Positions 1 to 9,116 of a stretch of DNA of 31,495 bases are shown here, piece by piece (the stretch's first letter is position 1; every line of letters begins with the position of its first letter). The translations under genes were made by a program, and so were the position numbers. This DNA comes from a virus (Duplodnaviria; Heunggongvirae; Uroviricota; Caudoviricetes), in the IMG/VR virus record IMGVR_UViG_2778261428_000002; one strand, 5' to 3'. The notes beneath the pieces were generated by a model. That model worked only from the letters and a program-made list of their open reading frames with translations, had not been told where the DNA came from and ran no database searches.

Positions 1-1200
1 ATGCTGACCGATACCAAGCTGAAAAACCTCAAAGCGCGGGAAAAACTTTATAAAGTTGCAGACCGTGATGGGCTGTATGTAACCGTATCTCCCAATGGAT
101 TGGTGACGTTTCGCTATGACTATCGAATCAATGGTCGTCGTGAAACGTTAACGATTGGTCGCTATGGTGACGGTATTTCTCTGGCGCAGGCGCGCGAAAA
201 ATTAGTGGAAGCTAAAAAACGCGTAAATGCAGGAATATCGCCCGCTGGAGAGAAGCGTGACGGTAAAACAAAGCGAAAAGAAGAAAAGACACTCCACGAT
301 TTTACCGTCAGCTACATGAAACACACCCGGCTGGCGGACAGCACAAGGGCGATGAAGCAAAGCATTATCGACAGAGACATCACCCCAGTATGGGGGCGCA
401 AGCTGCTGTCAGAGATAACCCCCTCTCTCCTACGTGAGTATTGCGACAAGATAAAAGCGCGTGGTGCGCCAGCGACGGCGATTCAGGTTCGCAATATCGT
501 TAGTGCGGTATTTAAGTTCGCCGCGCTTCACGGCGACTATTACCCCAATCCTGCCGAAGAGGTTTTACCGGCTTCAATTGCGACATTCGAAGCGCGCGAC
601 AGGGCGCTCAAGCCAGAGGAGATAGGCTGGTTTTTCAATCAGCTTGAACAAACGGGTACATTACCCACCATCAAGCTGGCCATTAAATTGGTTTTATTAA
701 CGATGGTGCGTAAAAGTGAACTGCTGAACGCGCCGTGGGGTGAGGTTAATTTTAATGCCTGCCTTTGGACGATTGACGCCAGCCGGATGAAGGGATCACG
801 GGATCATAATGTTTATCTGTCCCGGCAGGCACAGGACATTCTGATTGCCCTGAAAATGTGCGCAGGAAGCAGTGATTGGGTTTTGCCTTCATGCAATCAG
901 TCGTCGCATAAGACCATGTCGGCGGCGACCTTAAACCGGGTCATTAATCTTACGGTTAAGCAGGCGCAGGAACGGGGGATCAGGCTGGCGTCGTTTTCCG
1001 TTCACGATATGCGCCGAACGGCCTCGACGTTATTGCATGAGGCGGGGTTTAATTCCGACTGGATAGAAAAATGCCTCGCGCACGAGGAAAGAAGCGTCAG
1101 AGCCGTTTATAACAAAGCGGAATACGCAGAGCAGCGCCGTGATATGTTGCAGCAGTGGGCGGATATGGTTGATGGGTGGATCAAGCAATACCGCCCGTAA
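1..1200 (+). CDS. int: Tyrosine integrase, P4/CP4-57 family
   Basis: 399-aa ORF. N-terminal arm-binding region typical of P4-type integrases (LTDTKLKNLK...YKVADRDGLYVTVSPNG). C-terminal catalytic residues present: HDMRRT (HxxR), LAHEE, VYNKAEY (Tyr). Family assignment is from memory of the fold, not a search. Confidence 0.9.
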   Translation: MLTDTKLKNLKAREKLYKVADRDGLYVTVSPNGLVTFRYDYRINGRRETLTIGRYGDGISLAQAREKLVEAKKRVNAGISPAGEKRDGKTKRKEEKTLHDFTVSYMKHTRLADSTRAMKQSIIDRDITPVWGRKLLSEITPSLLREYCDKIKARGAPATAIQVRNIVSAVFKFAALHGDYYPNPAEEVLPASIATFEARDRALKPEEIGWFFNQLEQTGTLPTIKLAIKLVLLTMVRKSELLNAPWGEVNFNACLWTIDASRMKGSRDHNVYLSRQAQDILIALKMCAGSSDWVLPSCNQSSHKTMSAATLNRVINLTVKQAQERGIRLASFSVHDMRRTASTLLHEAGFNSDWIEKCLAHEERSVRAVYNKAEYAEQRRDMLQQWADMVDGWIKQYRP

Positions 1201-1440
1201 GTACTATGCGGGGATCTTGGTACCAGAGCGCTTTGGTGCTTTGGCCAGATTCTTCTGTACCGCACTGTCAATATGGTGATGGTTATTTTCCTGCCGAGTC
1301 TTGAGCCAGCGTTCCACTTCCTCTTTGTCCCACGCGACGGCGCGCTTCGTTAGCGCAAAACGTTGGGAAACAGGCCTTTTTGCTCCAACGCATAAATCGT
1401 ACTTTCAGAGAGTGGCACCATCTGTAAAAGCACGTTTTTT

Positions 1441-1818
1441 CTAATGGCAATTTTCATTGTTTTCCCCATGCCGTTCGGCGTTCAGGTGTTGCCACTGCGC
1501 TGCAATCCGCTTCATCACCGCATTCCCCTCCGGGATCACCTCCTGCGGCTCTTTCATCAACATTATCCGCCCCCGGATAACGATCAGCGCCTGTTCCAGC
1601 AGGTCATAGTCCAGATAACAGAGGTCGGGAATATCCAGTTGCCACACGTAGCCATTCCATGCAGAAAGCAGTACCTGCGCAGCCGCGCGTCCGCCGGTGG
1701 TTTCTGTGAGAGCAACGTCGACAAGGGTATTGACAGCAAGGCGGTATTCCTCTGGCGTTACGCAAAGTCTTTGTCGTTGGGTTTCTTGCGTTGCCAGAGC
1801 CTTAAATATTTCGTTCAT
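1441..1818 (-). CDS. Hypothetical protein, 125 aa, last gene of the early operon downstream of the primase
   Basis: Complete ORF on the same strand 10 bp downstream of the primase stop. No motif I can recognise. Confidence 0.55.
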   Translation of the reverse strand: MNEIFKALATQETQRQRLCVTPEEYRLAVNTLVDVALTETTGGRAAAQVLLSAWNGYVWQLDIPDLCYLDYDLLEQALIVIRGRIMLMKEPQEVIPEGNAVMKRIAAQWQHLNAERHGENNENCH

Positions 1819-1827
1819 AACATTTCC

Positions 1828-4482
1828 TTATCGTTGAAAAACCCAACACTTCACCGTCGCCGGGTGGCGCGATGCGGCTGGGTAACGGCGGTTAAATTCA
1901 GCGTTGATGCCGCTGTTAACCGTTCTGACTTCAATAAACTTGTGGGTACGGCTGGTTTTCAGTACCCGCTTTAAATCGCTGACTGGTGGGATCTGCTGGC
2001 GACGTTCGGTGGCCAGTTGAATAAAGTGGTTAAGGTTGACGGCGATAAGCTGTTCATCGCGCGAGTGGTTGAGCTGTGGTTCGTCGTCGCCATCGAGGAA
2101 GTCGAAAATATCCCAGAACTCCTGCACCAGAGGGTGGTCGGCGCTGATGGCCTGCTGGCGCTCCAGACTGAGGCGGATAAACATTTCTCTGGTTGCCTGT
2201 AGCTGCTCCTTCGTGACCGGAATAACCAGCGCCAGCGCGTCGAGCAGCGCCATAAGCTGGGCGTGGTTTTTAATGATGCGGATATGGCGAATATCGGGGT
2301 GGGCGTGAAGCTGCTGCTCGTATAGCGGGATCTGCCGGTTGACGCACTCCAGCACGGCCTGTTCCGCCAGCGCTGCTTTCAGCATAAAGCCGGAAAGCTG
2401 TTCCACCGGCAGGCGTTCGAGCTGCTCGGCAGCGACCTTGGTCTGAGTATTCTGGCCGCTGCGGTCGGTGTACAGGTGAATAATACGTTCCAGCACCGGG
2501 TTAGAGGCGCTAACGTCGGCGTTTTGCGCAATCACAATCGAGCCCCGGAACGGAGGTTCATAGGTCTCGTTACCGCTGTTACGCAGACCGCGAGACCGCA
2601 CTGACCGCCCGTTATAGGCGGTTTTTAGCTCTTCCCAATCAAAGCCGCGTTGCTTTGCACCCTCCTGATTACGGTCACCCTCGATCAGCACCACCGGCAT
2701 GTTCGCCACCTGCGCAAAGTTGCGCGCGCGGGCGGCCAGCGTTGATTTAGACGGATCGAAACCTTCATAGTCGCGTCGGCCTAACAGCTTCCAGAGAAAC
2801 TCTATCAGCGTGGTTTTGCCGCTGCCGGGTTCGCCAACGATTTCCAGAAACGGAAAGCTCTTGTGCTTGTCGCGGATCTGTTCGGCAAACATCGTCCCAA
2901 GCCAGAACGCCAGCGCCACAAAGCCCTTTGCGCCAAACGCCTGCCAGAGTAGCTGGGGCCACTGGCTGTCCATCTGTTTTAAATTGTCGTTCAGCGTCAG
3001 GCTGACCGACTGGTTCAGGCTTTTAAGGCTGAGTTTGCCCATGTCGAAGAAGTCTTCTTCGTTGAGTGTGTACAGCCGACCATCGCGAACGGCCAGATCG
3101 TTGAACACGTAAGCGCGGTATTCTTTGCTGTAGCCGATAAAATCAGTGGTCTGGACAGTTTTGATTTTGGGAAGCTGCTTGAGCAGCAACTTATCTAACT
3201 GCTGACTGGTGCCGGTGAAGATGCCGCCCTGCGCGATATGCAGCAGGCGCTTTTTGAATTCTGAGCCGCTGGAAAGTTGGGAGCCGGTGAAGGTGTTTTT
3301 TATCGGCGGCGTGTCGTCCGGGAAGTTAATGCGAAAGTAATACCAGCTTTCGTCGGTGATGGTGTTGGCCTGATAGTAGAGGGCGGTCGGGTAGCAGTTG
3401 GCGATCTCCACCACGGCGGACGACTCTTTCAGCGCCTTCTGTTTCAGCTCTTCTTCGCTCAGGTCGTCATTGGAGAATGAGATACTTTCATGCACCCGCA
3501 TATAGCGGTCAATATCCAGCTTGAACCAGAACAGGCGGCTGTCAAACTCGAAGTGGAACTCTTTACGCTCTGTCTGTTCGTGCATCAGCAGGGCTTTGGC
3601 GGCGGGAGAGGTGGCGATCAGCAGAGAGCCGTAGTAGCGGTATTTCTTCACTAGCTCTGGGTTAAGCCGGTCGCGTTGGTGCAAATCGTTCCAGTCCAGC
3701 TTGCTGCGGGAATGCGGCGTCTGTGCGGCGGCTGCGCTCCAGCCTTCGTCCCGGCTGCGCTTTACCCATCGCCGGGTATAGCTCATGCCCGCCTTGTCGT
3801 TATCCAGCGCCCAGACCAGTAAAGGGCGCTTTTTATCCACGAACAGCGCGGCCAGTTGGCTTAACGCCTGCGCCGGATAGTTGTTACAGGTCATCAGGGA
3901 AACGGCGGCAATGCCGTGGTGGTGCAGGGCGATAGCGTCAAAAATGCCCTCAACCAGCCAGATCTCCTGCTGTTCTTCCAGCTTCAGCGTTGGCAATAGC
4001 CACCATAGCCCGCTGTAAGCGCCGTGAAAGTTGGCTTTGCGATCGCCGAAACGCTGTGGGCGGTCAACGATCCGCTCCCACCACACGCCGTCAGCCAGCG
4101 GGAAACGTACCGTCGCTGAACCGATATCACGCCGTGGGTCGTAGTAGTTCTCTTGAGTGTAACAGTCACGGATCAGCGAAAGGTCAAAGCCGCGCATCTC
4201 GCGCAGGTAGGCATCGGCGGCGGCCTGTGGGTTTTCCGGGGTTGGGGGATATCTGTCTGACCAGCTTTCAAACAGATCCGGGTACATATCTTTGATGTGG
4301 ATTTCGGCATTGCATTTATTCAGGCGACCGCAGCGCAATACCCACGGGCTGATGGCATTGGTGTACAGCTCTTTTTTCTGGCAGTCCGGGCAGATGCCCT
4401 GCCGCAGCCAGTCGCCCTGTTCTTTAAAGGAAAAGTCGGCCAGTAGTCGCCGCGTAATTTCCTGATGAAGTTGTGGTTGCAT
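1828..4482 (-). CDS. P4 alpha-like primase-helicase (zinc-finger primase plus D5-type NTPase)
   Basis: 884-aa ORF. N-terminal Cys cluster (CPDCQKK...CGRLNKC), acidic TOPRIM-like segment (LVEGIFDAIALHHHG...LDNDKAG), Walker A (GEPGSGKTT) and downstream hhhhEGD Walker B-like motif (VVLIEGD). Confidence 0.85.
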   Translation of the reverse strand: MQPQLHQEITRRLLADFSFKEQGDWLRQGICPDCQKKELYTNAISPWVLRCGRLNKCNAEIHIKDMYPDLFESWSDRYPPTPENPQAAADAYLREMRGFDLSLIRDCYTQENYYDPRRDIGSATVRFPLADGVWWERIVDRPQRFGDRKANFHGAYSGLWWLLPTLKLEEQQEIWLVEGIFDAIALHHHGIAAVSLMTCNNYPAQALSQLAALFVDKKRPLLVWALDNDKAGMSYTRRWVKRSRDEGWSAAAAQTPHSRSKLDWNDLHQRDRLNPELVKKYRYYGSLLIATSPAAKALLMHEQTERKEFHFEFDSRLFWFKLDIDRYMRVHESISFSNDDLSEEELKQKALKESSAVVEIANCYPTALYYQANTITDESWYYFRINFPDDTPPIKNTFTGSQLSSGSEFKKRLLHIAQGGIFTGTSQQLDKLLLKQLPKIKTVQTTDFIGYSKEYRAYVFNDLAVRDGRLYTLNEEDFFDMGKLSLKSLNQSVSLTLNDNLKQMDSQWPQLLWQAFGAKGFVALAFWLGTMFAEQIRDKHKSFPFLEIVGEPGSGKTTLIEFLWKLLGRRDYEGFDPSKSTLAARARNFAQVANMPVVLIEGDRNQEGAKQRGFDWEELKTAYNGRSVRSRGLRNSGNETYEPPFRGSIVIAQNADVSASNPVLERIIHLYTDRSGQNTQTKVAAEQLERLPVEQLSGFMLKAALAEQAVLECVNRQIPLYEQQLHAHPDIRHIRIIKNHAQLMALLDALALVIPVTKEQLQATREMFIRLSLERQQAISADHPLVQEFWDIFDFLDGDDEPQLNHSRDEQLIAVNLNHFIQLATERRQQIPPVSDLKRVLKTSRTHKFIEVRTVNSGINAEFNRRYPAASRHPATVKCWVFQR

Positions 4483-4570
4483 TGCCAGTACCTTTATTCA
4501 GGTAATACTTACCCGTCGCATAGACACGTTGTTTATGCGTTGTGGTTGTGAGTCTTTTATTTACTGAGCG

Positions 4571-4801
4571 TTACGCGATTTTCTGTTTTTGCAGAAATTG
4601 CCCGCGTGTGGATAGTGGTATGTGTATCTTAGGATTCGGGCAACCGCTCGGTACCACCGTTCCCATCACGGTTTCCATTGCGATAAATGAAAACGAACAG
4701 TTAACGTTTTTGCACTGGTAATAGAGCTTACGTACCAGCGGTGACATATATTCGCTGCTGCGAATTATCGCCTTACCGTCGCAGTGTGGGCATTTCATCA
4801 T
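4571..4801 (-). CDS. ogr: Ogr/Delta-family zinc-finger late transcription activator
   Basis: CPHCDGKA...YYQCKNVNCSFSF matches the Cys4 motif of P2 Ogr / P4 Delta. I moved the start to the ATG-ATG at 4801 (MMKCPHC), which has GGAGA 6 nt upstream; the ORF track start at 4819 has no RBS. Confidence 0.85.
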   Translation of the reverse strand: MMKCPHCDGKAIIRSSEYMSPLVRKLYYQCKNVNCSFSFIAMETVMGTVVPSGCPNPKIHIPLSTRGQFLQKQKIA

Positions 4802-4837
4802 GTCCTGTCTCCTTACCACTTTTAACTAACTGAAACA

Positions 4838-5044
4838 CTAACGCTTTTCGTTAACGGACTGACGAAATAGTGTGATGCCGTTCAAAAAAATGATTCTTGC
4901 CATGCTGGACATCGAACGGTTCTGATCCAGCGCTAATGCTTCCAGTTCCGCGATTTCAGCGGGGAGCAGGCGCATTGCCACCGGTTTGTTCGACATCACC
5001 CCGCGAGGCGCTCTTGAGCGTAAGACGTTCTCATTTGTTTTCAT
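4838..5044 (-). CDS. Small putative DNA-binding regulator, first gene of the early lytic operon (Cox/Apl-like position)
   Basis: 68-aa ORF divergent from the HTH repressor gene and immediately upstream of ogr-like and primase genes. Start uncertain (Met 1, 17 or 24). Confidence 0.45.
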   Translation of the reverse strand: MKTNENVLRSRAPRGVMSNKPVAMRLLPAEIAELEALALDQNRSMSSMARIIFLNGITLFRQSVNEKR

Positions 5045-5124
5045 GGTGGTATATTGTGGTTATTAACATTACACAATCTATAATTCCCTCAATTGAGTGA
5101 ATTGTCAATGGTAATTATATCCAA
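5045..5124. promoter_or_regulatory. Divergent switch region between early-operon regulator and HTH repressor gene
   Basis: 80-bp AT-rich gap between divergent starts. Contains TTGTG-N13-CACAA and repeated CAATTG/GAATTG motifs that could be operators. Promoter elements not resolved. Confidence 0.4.
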
Positions 5125-5460
5125 ATGAAAGAATTTGGCATCCGTTTGAAGGAAGAACGTATCCGACTTGGACTTGATCAAGACGGCTTTGGACAACTTG
5201 GGGGCGTGAAGAAAAACGCACAAAGCAACTATGAGAATGGGTTGCGCAAGCCGGACAGTGACTATCTTGCTGGCATAGCGGCAGCGGGAGTTGATGTTCT
5301 GTATGTTCTAACAGGCAACCGCACGCCTGTGGTTACGTTGTCCAATAAAGAGAGTGTGTTGGTGGAAAACTATCGTTCTGCTACGCCAGAACACCAGTCC
5401 ACCCTTGACACGGTTAGCGCTGCGCTTGCGCAACCGATGAATTGTCGAAAAGTACAATGA
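5125..5460 (+). CDS. XRE-family helix-turn-helix repressor (prophage C/CI-like, or cassette regulator)
   Basis: 111 aa. N-terminal HTH_XRE pattern (IRLKEERIRLGLDQDGFGQLGGVKKNAQSNYENGLRKPDSDYLAGIAAAGVDVLYVLTG). Divergent from the early operon. Confidence 0.75.
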   Translation: MKEFGIRLKEERIRLGLDQDGFGQLGGVKKNAQSNYENGLRKPDSDYLAGIAAAGVDVLYVLTGNRTPVVTLSNKESVLVENYRSATPEHQSTLDTVSAALAQPMNCRKVQ

Positions 5461-5491
5461 TTTATTAATTTCAGCTTATTAGGGAGTAATT

Positions 5492-6580
5492 ATGGCAAAT
5501 GTCGGCTTTTCTTTTGAGGGGGTGATGATTGAAAGAATTATTGCTCATCGAATCTTCCCAAGGTCTCCCGATAAGCAAATGGTTCCACCTAAGTTAAGTA
5601 ATCAGTTAATAACGTTAGAACAAGATGCTTTGGATGCACTACAGGTTCGTATAACAGAAGCCTTAGGTAATAAATCTCATGGCATTGAAATGTCTATCAC
5701 TGATACCGGTGATGATAGTTTTTTTGCACTGACAACGTCTGTACTACATGTTGAAGGCGAATCATTTATTAACGTATCTAAGCGATTGGCGCATAAGTTA
5801 ACAGAAGCTCAATATAGTGCGGGGAAGGTTTCCGGTGGTGTGTTAGTAATCATTACGGGAAAAATTGGTGAACAAGCCTGCCCATTCTTTGCTGTACTGC
5901 GTGCTGAAATGCAAAACGGATTTCGGACCAATGATACCCCAGAGAAAATAGCGATGGAGTATATTGCTGACTTATTACTTACACCAACTCAGCGGCTTTA
6001 TAAAATAGGAGTGTTGATTGAGTGTGAGTCAGGCCATGAATTGATTGATGGTCGTTGTGATACGCAATATTATCGTTCATTTTTATTTGATCACTTGATG
6101 ACATCGACGGAAACTAAAAATGCTGCGGGGTATTTTTACAGTGTTTTTCTTGGAATGGGGATCGAAAAATCCTCCAAGAAATTGACGCAGGATTTTTTTG
6201 AACATACTCGAAATTTCATTAATCAGGCTCCAGTTGATGAAGAAACTAAGTTTGATTTACACGAGTCATTACGTTCTGAACTGAGAAGTCAGAAAGCAAC
6301 TTTGAGTACCGCTTCGTTTGCTACGGAACATCTTCCTCAAGAATTACAGACGAGCTATCAGTCATTTATGGCTCAAAAAGGTTTTCCGCAGAATGCAGTG
6401 TCTAAAGATACTGATTATATTAAGAAAAAGCTTCGTCGTAGAAGTAAATTAGTGTTTACAAGCGATGTATGGATATCCATACCACCAGATCAAGTAAAAG
6501 AACTGGTACAGATTGAACAAACAGATGATGATGAGTCAACTACACTTAAAGTCAAAGGGCGGTTGAAAAGTCAAGAATGA
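5492..6580 (+). CDS. Hypothetical 362-aa protein, partner of the RSH-domain protein; function unknown
   Basis: AGGGAG RBS 8 nt upstream. AT-rich relative to the phage backbone. Stop overlaps the next start (ATGA). No catalytic motif recognised. A weak, memory-based resemblance to NA37/YejK nucleoid-associated proteins is unverified. Confidence 0.7.
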   Translation: MANVGFSFEGVMIERIIAHRIFPRSPDKQMVPPKLSNQLITLEQDALDALQVRITEALGNKSHGIEMSITDTGDDSFFALTTSVLHVEGESFINVSKRLAHKLTEAQYSAGKVSGGVLVIITGKIGEQACPFFAVLRAEMQNGFRTNDTPEKIAMEYIADLLLTPTQRLYKIGVLIECESGHELIDGRCDTQYYRSFLFDHLMTSTETKNAAGYFYSVFLGMGIEKSSKKLTQDFFEHTRNFINQAPVDEETKFDLHESLRSELRSQKATLSTASFATEHLPQELQTSYQSFMAQKGFPQNAVSKDTDYIKKKLRRRSKLVFTSDVWISIPPDQVKELVQIEQTDDDESTTLKVKGRLKSQE

Positions 6581-7578
6581 TGAGTATAGAGGATTTTAGA
6601 CGTTATCTGGTTGAAAACCATGCTGCTTATGAAGCATGGGGTAAACATATTGCGTCTGAAATCAATGCGGCTTTGATTGAACAACTTGGTGAAGGGGCCG
6701 CCCAGCTCTTCATCAAGGTACCACCCACTCCGAGAGTTAAAGGTATCGAGTCCGCATTAGGGAAGGTTGGTCGTAAAGGTTATAACAACCCTGTTCAGCA
6801 GATGACGGATCTCGTTGGCGTTCGTTTTGTCGTTTTACTTTCTGAAGATATTGAGACAATCTGTAAAATCATTCAGAATAATGAACAATGGATAGCTGTT
6901 GTTTCTAAAGATTATCAGGATGAAATAGAGGTAAACCCTAAACTATTTGATTATCAATCAAAGCATTTTGAAATAAGGCCAAAGATAAATAGCGTTATAT
7001 CGGGAGTTAATATTACAACTGATATGTGCTGTGAAGTACAAATTAGAACATTATTGCAGCATGCGTATGCAGAATTAGTTCATGATAGCGTTTATAAACC
7101 TGTTGGCCCAGTACCGAAAAAAGCGGAGCGCCAAATTGCGCGTAGTATGGCTTTGATGGAAACAACAGATGAATTATTTTGTAATACAATGCGGCTTTTA
7201 TGTGATACTAATAAACCAAGAAATGATTTTTTAAAGGAGTTAAAAGATTTTTATATAAATAAAATTGGGAGACAGTATTTAAATCAGGAAGATAAAATAA
7301 ATTATTGTTTTTTAGATGAGTATAGGTCGTTTATACAAGAAGATCTTTTGACTAATCTAATCGACCTTCTTGATAAGAAAAAATATATATCATATAAAAT
7401 CCAACAAAGGGCTACTGCCAATCTTTTTTTTGCGCAGCCAGTGGTCATTTTTACTTACTGGCTGGCAATAAATGAAGACAGTAATAAATTACAGCAAGAA
7501 TGGCCGTTACCTGGATATTTGAACGAATTGAGAATGATTTTAAGTGATGTTGGTGTAAGTAGCGGTATTGGATATTAA
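6577..7578 (+). CDS. RelA/SpoT-homologue (RSH) nucleotidyltransferase-domain protein, small alarmone synthetase / toxSAS-like
   Basis: 333 aa. Synthetase motifs in order: PRVKGIESALGKVGRKG, MTDLVGVRFVV (DxxGxR), DYQ...FDYQSKHFEI, CCEVQIRTLLQHAYAELVH (ExQxRT...H.aE). C-terminal ~140 aa is Lys-rich and very AT-rich. Stop converges on gene D with a 4-bp overlap. Confidence 0.75.
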   Translation: MMSIEDFRRYLVENHAAYEAWGKHIASEINAALIEQLGEGAAQLFIKVPPTPRVKGIESALGKVGRKGYNNPVQQMTDLVGVRFVVLLSEDIETICKIIQNNEQWIAVVSKDYQDEIEVNPKLFDYQSKHFEIRPKINSVISGVNITTDMCCEVQIRTLLQHAYAELVHDSVYKPVGPVPKKAERQIARSMALMETTDELFCNTMRLLCDTNKPRNDFLKELKDFYINKIGRQYLNQEDKINYCFLDEYRSFIQEDLLTNLIDLLDKKKYISYKIQQRATANLFFAQPVVIFTYWLAINEDSNKLQQEWPLPGYLNELRMILSDVGVSSGIGY

Positions 7579-8681
7579 TCTTCCAGCCCCAACTCACACT
7601 CCACCGCCGTCCCATACCCACTGCTGTTATCCAACGTATGCACGCACCGCGTAATCACCCACGCGGTGCCGTCAATCTCCGCCTTAAACCCCTTCACCTG
7701 CACCGACAGTTCCGGGAACAAATCGGGCCGTCCGCGCGCAAGATTCAGGCTGAACGTTGCCGCGCCTCGCTGTAATAGCTCCCACGCGCTTTTTGCCGCT
7801 CTGTAGGCGTTATTTTTGTTGGCATAGGTGTGGCGCAGCACCTTGATATTTCCCTCTTCGCCGACCATCACGTTATCGGCGTTGAATGAGGTGTCTGACG
7901 TCGGCGATTCTGTTGGTTGCGTTTGCGGAAGATTTTTCCGTGTCTTGCGCTTCACGTCAGTTGACTGCTTTTTAGCCTGCCGCGTATCCAGCCAGTAGGC
8001 CGTTACGCCGGTATAGGCTTCCCTGTCCGCGATGCTGAACCGGTGGCTGTCGCCGTCCTCGCGGTTAATGGTTGCGACCGGCAGCGGCTTGCCGCTGGCG
8101 CTTTTACCGGAACCTGTCGGCATCAGCAGCAGAGCATCATTTTTCACGCAGGCGATAGCGCCGTGCATTTGCGCCAGCCGGGTTAGGAAGGACGCATCAG
8201 ACTCGTTAGTCTGGTCAACGTGCTCAATGGCGATCCCAGCCAGCTCGCCGCTGACGGTTGATTCCAGCTTATGACGTGCCGCCACGGTTTGCACAATCGC
8301 GCCCAGCGTCACATCATGGTAGCTCTGTTCCCGTTTAACGTTCAGCGAATCGCGGAAATCGGCGCTGCGGGCGCGGAGACTGAGTACGTCCGGTGCGCCG
8401 CTGTGCTCCAGTTCGTCCACGGTGAAGACATTCTGGTGCATCACGCCGTCACCCTTCCAGCCCAGAGAAACCGTTATTTTTTCGCCCTTTGCCGGAAACG
8501 CCAGCAGGCCGTCGCTGTCGTCCAGTTCGAGCTGCAGTTCGTCGGCCTCAAAGCCCCGGTTGTCGGTGATACGCAGGCTGATTAAGCGGTTGTCCAGATT
8601 CCGCGTAATGTCCTTACCGTTCAGCACCACGCTGTACTCCGGCTGCGGCTGGGCGTTTAAGAGTGCGTTTAACATCGTCAT
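7575..8681 (-). CDS. D: Tail protein D (P2 gpD-like)
   Basis: 368 aa in the conserved position after U. Start overlaps the U stop (ATGA). Confidence 0.85.
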   Translation of the reverse strand: MTMLNALLNAQPQPEYSVVLNGKDITRNLDNRLISLRITDNRGFEADELQLELDDSDGLLAFPAKGEKITVSLGWKGDGVMHQNVFTVDELEHSGAPDVLSLRARSADFRDSLNVKREQSYHDVTLGAIVQTVAARHKLESTVSGELAGIAIEHVDQTNESDASFLTRLAQMHGAIACVKNDALLLMPTGSGKSASGKPLPVATINREDGDSHRFSIADREAYTGVTAYWLDTRQAKKQSTDVKRKTRKNLPQTQPTESPTSDTSFNADNVMVGEEGNIKVLRHTYANKNNAYRAAKSAWELLQRGAATFSLNLARGRPDLFPELSVQVKGFKAEIDGTAWVITRCVHTLDNSSGYGTAVECELGLED

Positions 8682-9106
8682 AGTCCGTCTACCATCGTGA
8701 TGATGTCGCCCAGCAAGCCACCTAGCTTCGGCGGATCGACACGTTTTAACGCCAGCGTAAACTCAATGCGCCGGGCCGCACCATCGCGAAAAAAGACGCT
8801 GCGGGTGACGTTCAGGCTCTCAATCACAAACCAGCCATGCAGCGAGCCGGTGCCTTCAATCAGCGGCCACGCCATCCCCTGATCGGCCATCTTACGCAGG
8901 AAAAACAGAGTAAAGCGCCCGCCGGTCAGTTCCGGCAACAGCACGCCGTTTAGCGTAATGGTTTCGTCACCCACGCCGATAAACTGGCTGGCCGGACGTA
9001 GCCCCACGCGGGAACTGGCAGGATGCCGCCACGCTACGGCGTGCTGCATATCCTGATAGGGCAGGGTTTTCAGGCTGAAGACGAACAGCCCCAGTACCAT
9101 CATCAT
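8678..9106 (-). CDS. U: Tail protein U (P2 gpU-like)
   Basis: Start moved to MMMVLGLFVF (GGAGG RBS 5 nt upstream). Product of about 142 aa resembles P2 gpU as I recall it (TLPYQDMQ, LPELTGG, FTLALKRVD). Confidence 0.85.
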   Translation of the reverse strand: MMMVLGLFVFSLKTLPYQDMQHAVAWRHPASSRVGLRPASQFIGVGDETITLNGVLLPELTGGRFTLFFLRKMADQGMAWPLIEGTGSLHGWFVIESLNVTRSVFFRDGAARRIEFTLALKRVDPPKLGGLLGDIITMVDGL

Positions 9107-9116
9107 AAGAGCCTCC

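Noticed and set aside
1201-1440. Possible terminator or small gene in the int / early-operon convergent gap
   Set aside because: No ORF of useful length and only a weak, short stem (CGTTGG...CCAACG). Not convincing.
1444-1974. Plus-strand 176-aa ORF
   Set aside because: Antisense to the 125-aa gene and the primase 3' end, with no RBS.
4802-4819. ORF-track start of the ogr-like gene at 4819
   Set aside because: No RBS there. The ATG at 4801 has a GGAGA RBS and gives the Ogr-like N-terminus MMKCPHC.
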